Shown: positions 29,601 to 41,884 of the stretch, piece after piece
How the letters are laid out: each line of letters opens with the position of its first letter
Position numbering within the stretch: the first letter of the stretch is position 1
DNA from: Hydrurus foetidus
Taxonomy: Eukaryota
DNA length: 47,600 nt
NCBI GenBank assembly: GCA_900617105.1
Contig: UYFQ01000398.1
Span: 1 to 47,600 of the forward strand
Direction of reading: 5' to 3'
The notes under the pieces: generated by a model
What the model was told of the DNA's origin: nothing
Databases searched by the model: none
Seen by the model: only the letters and a program-made list of their open reading frames with translations
Program-made: the position numbers and the translations under genes

Positions 29601-31853
29601 GGAAATTTGGCAGAAAAAGGATGGATGTGTTTTCCGAAAACTAATCGACTAGCGATATTTGACGCCAAGTAAGTGTTGCATTCATCTTTTTCTGTGTTCG
29701 TTTTTTTATCAGATTTTTTTTCATTTTTTCATTTTTTTGTACTCATATGTATGCAATTTTGTTGTATGATATGTAGTATGCCCATGTTAGATTCATTTTT
29801 GAATTTTGCGAGAATTGTTTTATCACTATATTACATCGCAGTGTACAATATTTCTTGAGCAACATTTGGTATTCAAATCATCTCCCCTAACTTTTCGGTT
29901 TCTATTTCGTTTACCGATTTTTTCTTCAAGTTTTTTAGTCTCTTTGAATGCAAGTGTCGTAATTGCATTACCGGATAAAGTTGTAACGAGTCGAAAGTAA
30001 AAGATCGCGTCCTTTCTCCCCTCCCCTCCCTTCTCCCCACCCCTCCCTCCCCTCCCTTCTCCGTCACCCCATCGCACCATCTTCTATATTCTATTCTATC
30101 CTATCCACTGCTATCCCCTATCTCCTACCTTACCCTCTTCTATCCCTCCTCTCCTGCCTTGTCCTATGCCAACCTGTACCTCCTACTTCATCTTACCTTG
30201 TCTTATCCTACCCTACATTATCCTTTCCTTCCTAGTTAAATCTCCGGAGTGGCATCATGCTGTGAACTCTTTAGAGAAAATAACGACACAACATAGAACA
30301 AGACGATACAATACAACACAACACAACACAATACAATACAATACAATACAACACAATACAATACAATACAATACAATACAGCACAATACAATACAATACA
30401 ATACAATACAATACAATACAATACAATACAATACAATACAATACAATACAATACAATACAATACAATACAATACAATACAATACAATACAATACAATACA
30501 ATACAACAATACAATACAATACAATACAGACACAATACAATACAATACAATACAATACAATACAATACAATACAATACAATACAATACAATACAATACAA
30601 TACAATACGACACAATACAATACAACACAATACAATGCAATGCGATGCAATACAATACAATGCAGTACAGTACAAAACAGTTGTAACATTGACTACCTCC
30701 CTATGTAATAGAATCTCATACTAATTTTCTTGCAGATATTTACACGGAGTAATACCGGGTAAAGGAAAGAACCCAGACCCAGATTCCAGACGCCTCACTC
30801 TAATGGTTGGATTTTGGAAAAATTTACGTGTACGAAATAGTACGGATGTCCAGGGGCCCAATCAAATATTCCCTGGGGTACATAGCCGTTACACCTGGCA
30901 TAATGAAATGACAATTCAAAATATCGAACAAGGTACCGTTTAGTATAGTATTTTGAAATGTTACTTTGTTGTGTACTACCAAGACATCATAAAATGTCCG
31001 ATAAGTATAGACGAATGTAAGGTGGAAATGAAATGGTGATTTCAACAGTGCTCAAACCTGCTTTCGTTCTTTGTGTTTTGGACATTTTATTCTGTCCCAT
31101 TGATACATTATTCATTTTTTTGGTGCTTCATTATCGTCTAATGTAGACTGCAATTGGAATTTTAATATCCAAACATTTTAAAAATCATGACGCTCTTATT
31201 AAAATCGACTTAAATCTAGTACCTTCCAATACTGAAGTGTTACACTGATGTCGTTACACTTTTTGAAATTCATGCTGGAATGCGTGAAGATTTGAATTAA
31301 AACATTATTAGAATGAAATAAAAAAAGTACTGTTTAATTGACATCACACAACAATCCCCTTTCTGGGACAATCCGTTTATTATTGACAAATTATTTCACC
31401 AATAATATATAAAGCAACATATTTTTTGACATCTATAATCTCTTCCGGAAGTATTTCGATATTGCATCAAATCTTACTATATAGAAAACGAGGAAAATTT
31501 TACTTCAAAACTATTCTGATTCACCCCGTTTTTTCTGATCATTAGGAACTTCTTTTTGCAGCAAGAATTCAACTGAAGTATTTCCTCTATTAGTCGAACC
31601 TATATGGGAACATGTAAAAAAAGAAAATAATCAAGAAAACGCAAAAAATGAAACGGACGGAAAGGAAAAAACGACTGATGAAAAAGTAGATAAAAGAGAT
31701 AAAACGGAGAAAAATGAAAAAAATGAGAAAAGTGAGAAAAATGAGGAGGAAGAGAAGAGTAGTATTGTTAGTACAGATTTGAAGTTGAAGTTGAATCTGA
31801 AAGTGAAATTGCCTTCTTGTGTAAGTTACGATAAATGCTTTCAAGGATTTTAG
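26699..31853 (+). CDS. Uncharacterised 2OG-Fe(II) oxygenase-like protein with a helical/TPR-like N-terminus, 5 exons
   Basis: Exons 26699-28355, 28481-28542, 29556-29668, 30736-30932, 31546-31853, all GT-AG and in phase. Motifs: AEWWVH..GHQMHFD (HxD), STVLYL, GGPTLVT, YLHGV (distal His), RLTLMVGFW (2OG-binding R). Ends YDKCFQGF*. Confidence 0.8.
29054..29161. repeat. 32-bp intronic minisatellite, about 3 copies
   Basis: TTCTTTTCTCTGCACTATCTTCTTTTCTCTAC unit; GCACTA recurs at 29065, 29097 and 29129. Confidence 0.9.
30300..30665. repeat. (CAATA)n pentanucleotide microsatellite, intronic
   Basis: Long near-perfect array; source of the YNTIQ and LYCIV pseudo-ORFs. Confidence 0.97.
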
Positions 31854-32170
31854 ACTTGATTCATAATGATAAAAAAATTAAAAAAAATTCATTTGATACC
31901 GAGACTTTTGTTTGACTTTTAATTTCTTCGTTTTTATACGGTAATTGATGTATACAGGGCGTGTTATTTCTGTTACACTCTGACACAGAATAAAATGAAA
32001 AAAACGTAAAAGTGCAGTGTGCAGACAGTAGACTGATCCCCATATCAATCATTTTTTGCTTTATGTTCAGTACTATCATTGATTTGGTATTACAGTCATC
32101 ATTCCAATTCTTTTTCACAAGGACAAAAAAAAGATAATGATGCTGTGGAAAGAAATTAAGCAAAGGAACT

Positions 32171-32371
32171 CAAGGGTCGTGTTTATTCAGTCCTTTTTTT
32201 AAATCGGGTACCAGTATCCCGGACAACTACGCACAGCATTTTTCGTGACTGAAATAAAACCTTTTCCCCCCAAGGTACCGCCCAGCATCGAAAATATTTT
32301 TGAGTGGTGTGTTGTTTTGTGGGGTGCTGGTACCCGGTTTAAAAAAACGAATGAATTAAACACGACCTGGG
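32171..32371. mobile_element. MITE copy 2, same family as 16051-16241, opposite orientation
   Basis: Same CAAGGGTCGTGTTT / AAACACGACC termini and GGGTACCAG arms. The central segment is the reverse complement of that in copy 1. No clear TSD. Confidence 0.8.
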
Positions 32372-32530
32372 ACCCAAGAAATGGCAATGGAAAAAGTAAA
32401 TATCATTTACACGCATATCATGATGTTCCCAACAGATTGTAAGAAATTGCACAAGAAATATTACTTTGATTTAATAACACACGAAATTTAATTAAGGTCA
32501 TTTTTTCCTTTTAATTCGGGCGAATATATG

Positions 32531-33149
32531 GGCATACTAAAATCTAGAAAAAAATACTTTACGATAGATTCTGTACTAGAAGACTGAAAATCGTACCAAA
32601 AAATAGGTGTACTAGAAAATATATCATGGATTTGACACCCTGAGGTGGAGACCGACCTGCTAATTTAATGGATGTCGTACTAAAAATAGGTGCGCAATAC
32701 TATTTATGATACCGCACTTTTATTTCTATTTCTTTTTTGGAATGTCATAATGGGGACTTTGGGTGATCACTCGAAAGGATAATGTTTTTTGTCTGGTTTT
32801 AGTTAAGATTAGAACTGCTTGGGGGCGGTCAGGGTTAGGGCGAAGACATGATTAGATAATTACAGCTGTCAGTAGATATTGGTCTAGAATAGCCTTGATT
32901 GGCTGATGAAACAAAATTGGAAGATATTCGTATCATTTGGTAGGGCAACAACGGACGCACAGGTGTCAGTAAAATAGTCTCATCTAAATAGTATTACTTC
33001 ATTGTTTTTAGTACAAATTTTATTGAAATAGTAGAAATCAAACATATTTGACGATACAAATCTTTTAGTATGACATTCCACGTTTTAGTATTTTTACATA
33101 TGACGAAGTTTTTATTTTGAAACTAGATTTTCTAATGATTTAGTATGTC
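32531..33149. mobile_element. Possible old foldback or non-autonomous TIR element
   Basis: GGCATACTAAAATCTAGAAAA on the left vs the reverse complement GACATACTAAATCATTAGAAAA on the right. Repeated GTACTA(A/G)AA motifs on the left and TTTTAGTA on the right. No TSD seen. Confidence 0.35.
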
Positions 33150-34252
33150 AGTAACTGGGTGCTTTTCTATGCTTCGCTCCAATAGAGCAGTGTCAGCGGT
33201 ATTTTTTGCACTGTCGATTAATGTCTGATATGATGGTAAATTGAGGGAAACAACGGGACGGAATTCACTTTAATGTTTTCTTTTTCTTCTTTATATTGAA
33301 AATGAAATAGAGAAGTGCAATTTTATGTTACCTACGTACGTACACATACGGCGCTAACAAATTATGTTACAATCTTAAAATTTTCATTATCATCGAAAAT
33401 ATTTACTACGACATTCATATTACACTAATACTTTAAATTAGATTGTTAGGTTTGCGAAAAAACAACAATCTATATTGAAAAAACAACAATTCTAGTCTAC
33501 AATAATGTGCGTGGTATTTTTTGCTTGATGCATACACTTAATTATCATTTTGAGAATAATATTTAAAAATCTTTTTTTTCGCATAATCCTGATTAATTGT
33601 TCTATGAAGAATTTGAAAATTTTGAAGCTGTAAAATTGCGCTGAAAATTCAGAAGAGGAGGATTGTTGGACCGCTTTGTCTCATCATTGAGAAAAGCAAT
33701 TTGCAGAGTTTCTAGGCATTGACACACACACGTACGTACGTACATCGTTACAACTGTACGGTACGTGAGAATAGAAAATAGATACAACTCGACGAAGATT
33801 GTAAAATTTCACATTTTTTACAATTTTACTGATTTGAGTTGTGATTTTCATTTGCGAAGTATCTCTATGCAACCGGATAAATTTGTGAAAACAAAATACT
33901 GTACGTTCGATTGTAACATACAGAATACGCAATTGAAAAACTTTCGTAAGTTTGTACGTAAATTTCATTTTATTTTTCAAAAATTGTAATGAGCTAAAAA
34001 ATTAATGCTGATATTATATAAAGAAACGAAAGCGTAATAAAAATGACGCTGATAAGAAAACAATCAGTTAAAAAATTATAGAAGTCAGAAGTTATAAGAA
34101 TATTTGCTATATGTAAAGCAATTAAATTGAAAAAATTACATGCCCTCTATGCGATGAAATTTAAAAATTCAGCAGAAATAAAAACAAAAAAGACAAAAAA
34201 AAGAAAAAAACGCAAAATCAGATTAAAAAAAATAGTTTAATTTGATACGAAA

Positions 34253-37200
34253 TTATCGGTGCTGTCTAATGTTTTTCAAATCATTGCTATTTCCCTTCGA
34301 TAAAATTCCTTTCAAAACTTCTTTTTCTTTTTTACCATTATCTTTTTCTTTGCTTATTATGTCCGGATAAATAATAATGTCATCGTCTTCAAAATGAATT
34401 TCTTCTATGTCTGATTCAGTTTTTTTTTCTCTATTTTGTTTCAACATAATTTTTGCATCCTATGCAAAATAAAAAATAAAAAATAAAAATAAAATACATC
34501 AGATTTAAGTAAGATATTGGTGATTATGTAAATGAGTTAAAAAATAAAAGTATGTCGATATAAAGAAATAAGCATCTGGTCAGGAGAATATATAGTTCAA
34601 TACATAATTAAATAGCTGAATAGAGTAGAGCATTAATAAATGGGTTGAGGAATATACTGTTGACAATTATTATTTAGCAAATGAAGAATGACAATTTAAG
34701 AAACGAAACCTATTTACTGCTAAAAAGAATCATTAATAAAATACAACGTCTGAACGGTAGGAATTTTTTTGACTTAACTAATATAACCTAAACGAAACGA
34801 AACTATACAAAACTAAGAAATAGAAAATACCGTACCTGAATGATTTCCGTACATTCTCGCATAACAAGTTGTACGGTTTCTTCTCTCTCTGTAGCAAAAG
34901 ACGCTTTTTGTTTTAAGATTAAATTTCGACATCTTTCAGCTATTCTGTGTCGATACTGAAAAAATTAAAAATGAAAAAGAAAATAAAATAAAATAAAATG
35001 AAAAACAAAATAAAATAAAAAATAAACAAAAAAAAGATAATGCAAAATAAAAGAGGATATGGTAAATTGATTATAAGACAAAGAAAGGAAGAATGAATGC
35101 GGATGGGTGAGATGTAGAGAGGAAGAGAAAAGTGACCAGAAACAAAACACTTGATATGATATGATATGATATAAATTTAAAAAAAACAAGTGAATAAAAT
35201 AAATGGAAATAATATATTTGCCACATAAATTAAGAAGAAAATATAATGTTACATCTACTATTAGATTTAAGAATAAAGTATTTGGTAGGGAAGTACCTGT
35301 TTTAGTACGATTTTGTGTTCTTTGTTAGCCGCTTGTAAAGCTGCCGTTACCAGAGAATCAGATTCTGCCTACATTAATTAGATGGTAAAAAAGGTGAAAT
35401 AAAAAAGAGTTTTTCACTGAGATTTTAGTGATAAATGAATAAATAAATGAATAAATAAATAAATAGATAAATAAATGAATAAATAAATGGATAAATAAAT
35501 AAATTAATACATGAATAAATAAACAAATGAAACATAAGGTAAGATGCGTGGTATCGTTTGAAGAAAGAAAAGAAGTAAGGAAAAAGAGATGATGTTCACA
35601 TAGTTTTTAATTCCAATTAACATGAAGTAACAAAAAAGTGAGATGAAGTGATGGATGAAAAAATAGGCAAATCTGCATTAAAAAAGAAAAACTTAAATTG
35701 ATCAAAAAATAATAAAGAAAGCTTGAATAAAAAAGTTAAATATGTGAGGAGCGAAAGATACCATGTGAAGCAAACAAAATAATGTAGTATAGGATAGACT
35801 TGATAAATGATGTAAAATGATGCCAGGAAGAAGATATAGAAACGTCAAGAAATCGGCAGGTAAAAAAATCTCACCTTTAACGTTATTTTCATTTTTTCTA
35901 AAGCAAAATTATAAGATGCTGCTGTCGTTACAAGCTCAGATCGCAACTGATGTATCGTAAGTACGTATTTTTCTGTACGTTCTTTTTCAATTTCATACTC
36001 TTTTTCAGTACGGTTATGCTGGGAAGAATTTAATGAAGTGTGAACATTTTTTATAGCCGGATAGTTTCCTATGAAAAAAAAAAGTTCGTTAAAAAGTGAA
36101 AAAATTAGGCACAGAAATAAAAAAGTAAATATGAAGTAAAGTGGCTATGATTGATTTTTTTTTAGGATTAGATAATCATCGCAAGCGGAAAAAGGAGAAA
36201 GATTATAGAAATCAAAAATGACAGTGATAGTAGTAAAATAATGAAAATAATTCTGAATAAAAATAATTCTCCTGCACATTTTAATAGTTCCTAACAGTAC
36301 GAGAAGAAGAATAGATCATGAAGATGATTGAGCTAATTTTAAAATACTTTCTAAAAATATTAAAAATATGTAAACATTTATGCATATACATAGTCCAGAG
36401 TTTGAAATAAAATTTACAATTTAATTTTTTTTTCTGTATAAAGTTGTATTATATCACCAGAGGGTGGAAGGGGGGAAGAGTGAGTGTTAAGAAATGGTCA
36501 GAGAAAGAGAAGGAGAGAAAAAGGAGAGTAGGGAGGTGAGGGGTAAGAGGATGGGGATGAAAGGGAGTGAGATGGGGGGAGAGAGAGGAAGAAGAGAATG
36601 GGGGTGAGAAGGATTCAAAATTACATCACCCAAAAATATCATGGAGGGAAGGAATTATTTTAATAATTTTATCCAGTTATATAAAAATTTATAATGGTTA
36701 TACCTGACAATATAATATCATGTAATTTTCTATTTTCCACGCTCAATTCTAAAATAGCTGCATGCGATTCTAATTGTTCTCTTTCACGTAAATCTTCTAA
36801 AATCCGTAATCGTGAGAATGCTTCTTCTTGCAATACGGAATCACCCTCCCATTTATATTTTATTTCTTCTGCTAGAATTGATAATTTTTTCTTCTCGATT
36901 TGAGATTCATTTTCCATCGAATTATGCATGCCTTGCCATTCCAATTTTTCTCTAATTAATAAATGAATAAAATAAACAAATCAATATTCAAATATCAAAT
37001 GATTTAATAGATCGTACATCTATTTATTATCATGTAATTGTTGGAATATGCATTGCAATACGGTGATACATCAATAATGCTTTTTACCATTTTATTTTCT
37101 ATTATCCCTTAAAGTTTATTAATTAAACGTTAAGATGGAGGTAACGACTAATGATAGAAATGCAAGAAATGATGTAAATAAATCGAATTTAAGATTGTCT

Positions 37201-40200
37201 CGTACCTTTTTCTTCTCATAACCTCTTCCTGCCATATTTTTCTATCATTCATCCATACAATTTCTTTTTCTTTATAGTGAATTTCAATTAATTCCAATTT
37301 TTTAATTTCTTGTGACATGTTATCGGAAAGACGCACAGCAGTCTCAAATTGTTTTTTTAAGTGTTCATATTCAATTTTCAAATCTTGTGATTTTTTCTCG
37401 TTTTCTCCATCTTTTTTATTTTCATTTTCTATTTGTTTATTCAGTTCTATATCTTTCTTACTTTCTTTCTTCTAATTGTTTTGTTCCAGATTCTCTTTTT
37501 TTTCTTTCTTCATCATTCTTCTTCCTCTCATCTCTCTCTTCTCTCTATGATCTCTCTCTTCCGATCTTCCTCTCTGATCTGCCCTCCTTTCTCTGCGATC
37601 TCGCTCCGATCGGATCTCCTGATCTCATCTCTCATCTGATCTGCCTCTCTCTCATCTCTTCTCTTTCCTTCTCTTCTGTTCTCTCCTTCGATCTCCTCTC
37701 TTTCCATCTCTTCCATCCTCTCCATCTCCCTCACTTCTTGATCAAATATCCGCCCTTCTTTTCTTTCCTTTTCCTCTAGAAGCAATATTTGCTCCAGACT
37801 AGAAGTAGATAATGGGGTGTGACTGATTATTTCCGTATTTTGAATTAATACAGGTGCATAATCATTTTCACCAATTTCAATTTTAACGGATTCGTTATTC
37901 TCGGATATTTCATCTTCGTCATCGTTTGATAATTTCGTACGTTCAATTTCGTGTTCTAAAATTTTGTTCGCTTTTTTGTTCTCGTTTATTTCATTATAAA
38001 TTTCAACTAAAATCTCGGATGAAGGAGAGGACGACGCGAGAAAGTGAAAACTAGACGCATTTCTTTCTTCTTCATTTTCAATTTTATTTTCAGTAGTAGT
38101 TTGAAATTGTCTTTCTGTACTCGGTAGGAAAGTCTTGATTTGATCTTCATTACTTTTATTTGCTGTTATTTCAGATATTTGAAGCTGCAACATTGTGGTT
38201 ATATTGTTCGTTTCAATTAATCTATTTTGTACCCTGATTAATGTTCCGGATAAGTCCTCTATTTGCCAGAGTAAGCAATCTTCACGTTGATTTTCATCTT
38301 GTCTAAAACAGGAAAAAAAAAAAATATCAAAAAAAAAATGAAAAAAAAGGGGTCAAAATGAAGAATCGTATGATTAGAATGGAAAAAAGATAAAATGATT
38401 AAAAGGTAAGATAGGACGGATTGATGAAAAAACAACAACATCGCAGAAGAGATGATAACATCATCAAAAGAAAGCGAAGTAATTTTCCGAAGAAATTCTC
38501 ATGAAAAAAAGTAAAAATTGTAGATTCCTCACCTTGTATTGTCATTTTTGAATTTCCGTAAAATGGCCAATTCTTCCTCAAATTCGAAAATTTGTTGGGC
38601 GCTTTTTTCCAATCCCAGTAATTCTCCGATTTCTCGATTTTGTCTACATTGATCTTTTAAATGACTTAACTCACTTTTGTAATATTCAATCTGTAAAAGA
38701 AAAAGTACAGAAGTTCATTTGTTTAGAAATGTAAGAAATAGGTTAATTTTGAAATGTCAATTAAAGCACAGTGTACCACATAAATTTTGAAGTATTGTTT
38801 TATATTGCAATATTATGTAAAAATTGAACTAAGAAAAAAATATGTATAGCACCAAACAAAAATTTCGTGATCTAAATCGATTAATGGCAAAAGAATAGGT
38901 CACATACAAAAAAACAAAATTTCTTTTTTAATGAATTAGTTACCTGATAATTCAGCCGATTAATTTCTACCATGGACAAATCTAATTGGCGATTTTTTTC
39001 TTCACAGATTTCATCGTGTTCTTTCCTTTCTCTCTCCCTCTCATACTCTCTTTCTTCTTCCTCTTCTCTTTCTCTCTCTTTTTCTCTCTCATTTTCATTT
39101 GCTCTCTCCCTACTGTTTCTCCTACCATTTTCTTCACCTCTCATTATTTCTTTTTCTACCCTAATATTTTCATTTTCATCTGCCCCATTTATTTGTGTGT
39201 TGAATGAAAAGGAGGGTAAAGAAAGTGTTGCCGCTTTACGCAACACTATTGACAGTTTTGTAGTTTGTTGTTCCAGTGCTCGAGATAGATAAATTTCTGC
39301 AAAAAATAGCAAAATCAGGGTTGATTTTGTAAGTGCAGAAATAGGGTTAATTATACTAGATTCGTTTAATTAACAATCAATATTGTATAGTATTATGGGG
39401 AAAGGAAGTACAAGATAAAGTAGATTAATATTATTACGGAAATAAAAAGTGAAGCAAAATGAAAATAAATATAAATGTAAGAACAATACAATACAATACA
39501 ATACAAAAAGGTAAAAAAGAATACGGAAGGAAATTAAACGGGTACTTCATGAGTTGCGTGAAATAGATTTAGATTTGATATTTGTAATTATCATTAACAA
39601 TCTGCCGTTGTTGTAATTTGCTCACCTCTTTCGTTCAATTGAAATATTTCATTTCTTAACTCTTTTTCAGTCATTTCCCAATTTAGGAATCTTGTGTTCA
39701 TCTCTTCATTATTTCGCATTTGATTTTCATGATTGTTTTCATGTTCGCCGAAATTCAGAATTCCATTAGTGTTGCTATTTCCGTTTGTTTCATTTTCGGA
39801 AATTATACTTGGCGTCACAATAGCTGTATTTTCGTGACTTTGAAAACCGTTACTTTGGTTTCCGTATATAGGAGATGTGAAATTTGGACTGTTTCTGTGT
39901 CTCTGTGTATTATTGGCGTTGACGGATTGGTGCGTGTTACGTTTGCTGTATTCGCTAGCGATGGACAACTCATTCTCGTTGTCTTTTTTCCCCATTAAAA
40001 AATGAGAACTTAATTGATTTCGAGCAAAAATGTTTTCATTTTCATTTTCATTTTCATTTTCATTTTCATTTTCATTATTTTCCTCCATCATATCATTCGT
40101 GTACCTGTAAAAAAAATTAAAAAAAATCAGAAAACAACATACAAGATTAGAAAAGTAATATAAACCCAAAAATATTATGTACAGTAAGTGGAGTGGATGT

Positions 40201-41826
40201 AACAATTATTGGTGTGGCTAAACAGTTAGGAAGAATAATTAGTGGCGTATTCCTAATAGAGGTGACAATAATGAATCAGAAAATTAAAAGCAATAAATAC
40301 AAAATATTGAGTCAAAAATTGTACGCGATACACGAATAAAAAATATTTGATAAGTGCACAAATTGTACTTATCTAACAGATTTTAAATGACAACATTTTT
40401 TTACGAAAAGCATTTCTACAATTATGACAGTAGCGTATAAAAATGAATGGATGATCTTTTTCGAACAGTTTATTTCAATTAAAAATAATAAAAAATGTTT
40501 TTTTTAAGTTGTGATTACCTTGACGATTTTTTCTTTTTTTGTATAACAGAAATGCTCGTATTAGGAAAAGAAGTAGAAGAAGGTAGAGGACTGAAAAGTG
40601 TGTTAGAGGGATGAAGAGTGAAGTCAGAAGAGAGAGTTGGGAAAGGTGACGGAATAGAAGTGTAAGAAAATGAAGTTGATAAGTTGTAAATAAATAAAAT
40701 AATTGCTTCAGAAAATCTTTCCAGTAATGTAATTCTTTTCCTAATTATCAGATCACAATTATCACTTATTTCAGATTTAAACTCTGACAGATATTCGTTA
40801 GTAATAAGAGTTTCTTTCATTATTTCTTTTATTTGCTTGAATGCAGCAGCGCTGTTCTGTTGACCCTCTCCTGCCAGGGTAGAGACATCTCCCTTATACT
40901 CAACATTTCGTATTATATCATCATCATAAAAGTTGTCACCATTCTCATTTTCCTTTTCATTTTCTTTTTCGTTTCTATTTTTATTGTACTTTTGATTATT
41001 TTTATTTTTTATTCCACCTTCAAATGCAAGGCAAATATTTGACAGAAAATTGTTTTCTATTTCTTTTTCTTGAATTTTTTTCATTGTACGATTTTGAAAT
41101 TCGGAATCACTCTTTCTGTTTTTTTGAATGTTCTTCTCAATTTCATTGTGGTAATTAACATTGCTACGATTACTATAACAATCGTCATTACAATTTCTGT
41201 CATCATTATCATCATCATTATTATTATTATTATTATTATTTATCGTAGTTATTGTCATATTGCACCGCATCCTTTCTCTTCTCCCCATAATTAATATTAG
41301 TATCATCATACTCATCGTTGTCACACCCATTGAAGCGAACACTATTATTGTCCATCATACTCTCACCATAATCATCAACAAAATTAATCTCGTCTTTATT
41401 TTCTGATGACAAATTATACCTATTATTAAGCCTGTTATCATCCGTAAAATTGGTCCTATTTTCAGTTTGATAATTTATTTCAAAAATATCACCATTTTGC
41501 ATATTTTTCTGTCGAAATTTTTCAAAATTTTCGTAGTTTCTATTTTCGGCATTATAATCGGTAGGACTTGAATTTAAACGGAATTCTAATTGTTTTATTT
41601 TGTCCAATAGAAATTCTCTACGTATCGCTTCTTGTGTTAATCGTGCTGCGAAGAAAAATTCATGAAAATAGAAAAGTTATACAATGCATTTTATGGGATA
41701 AGTAACATTCGATAAATTACGCACAAAAAATAATTGGCGATTAATTTCATATTTGACGTTGTCGTGATAAGTATGATAATTACAACGCTATTTGTGATAA
41801 AAATGATAACGACATGGGTGATAATG

Positions 41827-41884
<58 letters not shown>

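Noticed and set aside
30166..30708. YNTIQ and LYCIV repeat proteins
   Set aside because: Artefacts of the (CAATA)n array inside an intron of the oxygenase-like gene.
32832..32840. Telomeric repeat
   Set aside because: Only about 1.5 TTAGGG units; not an array.
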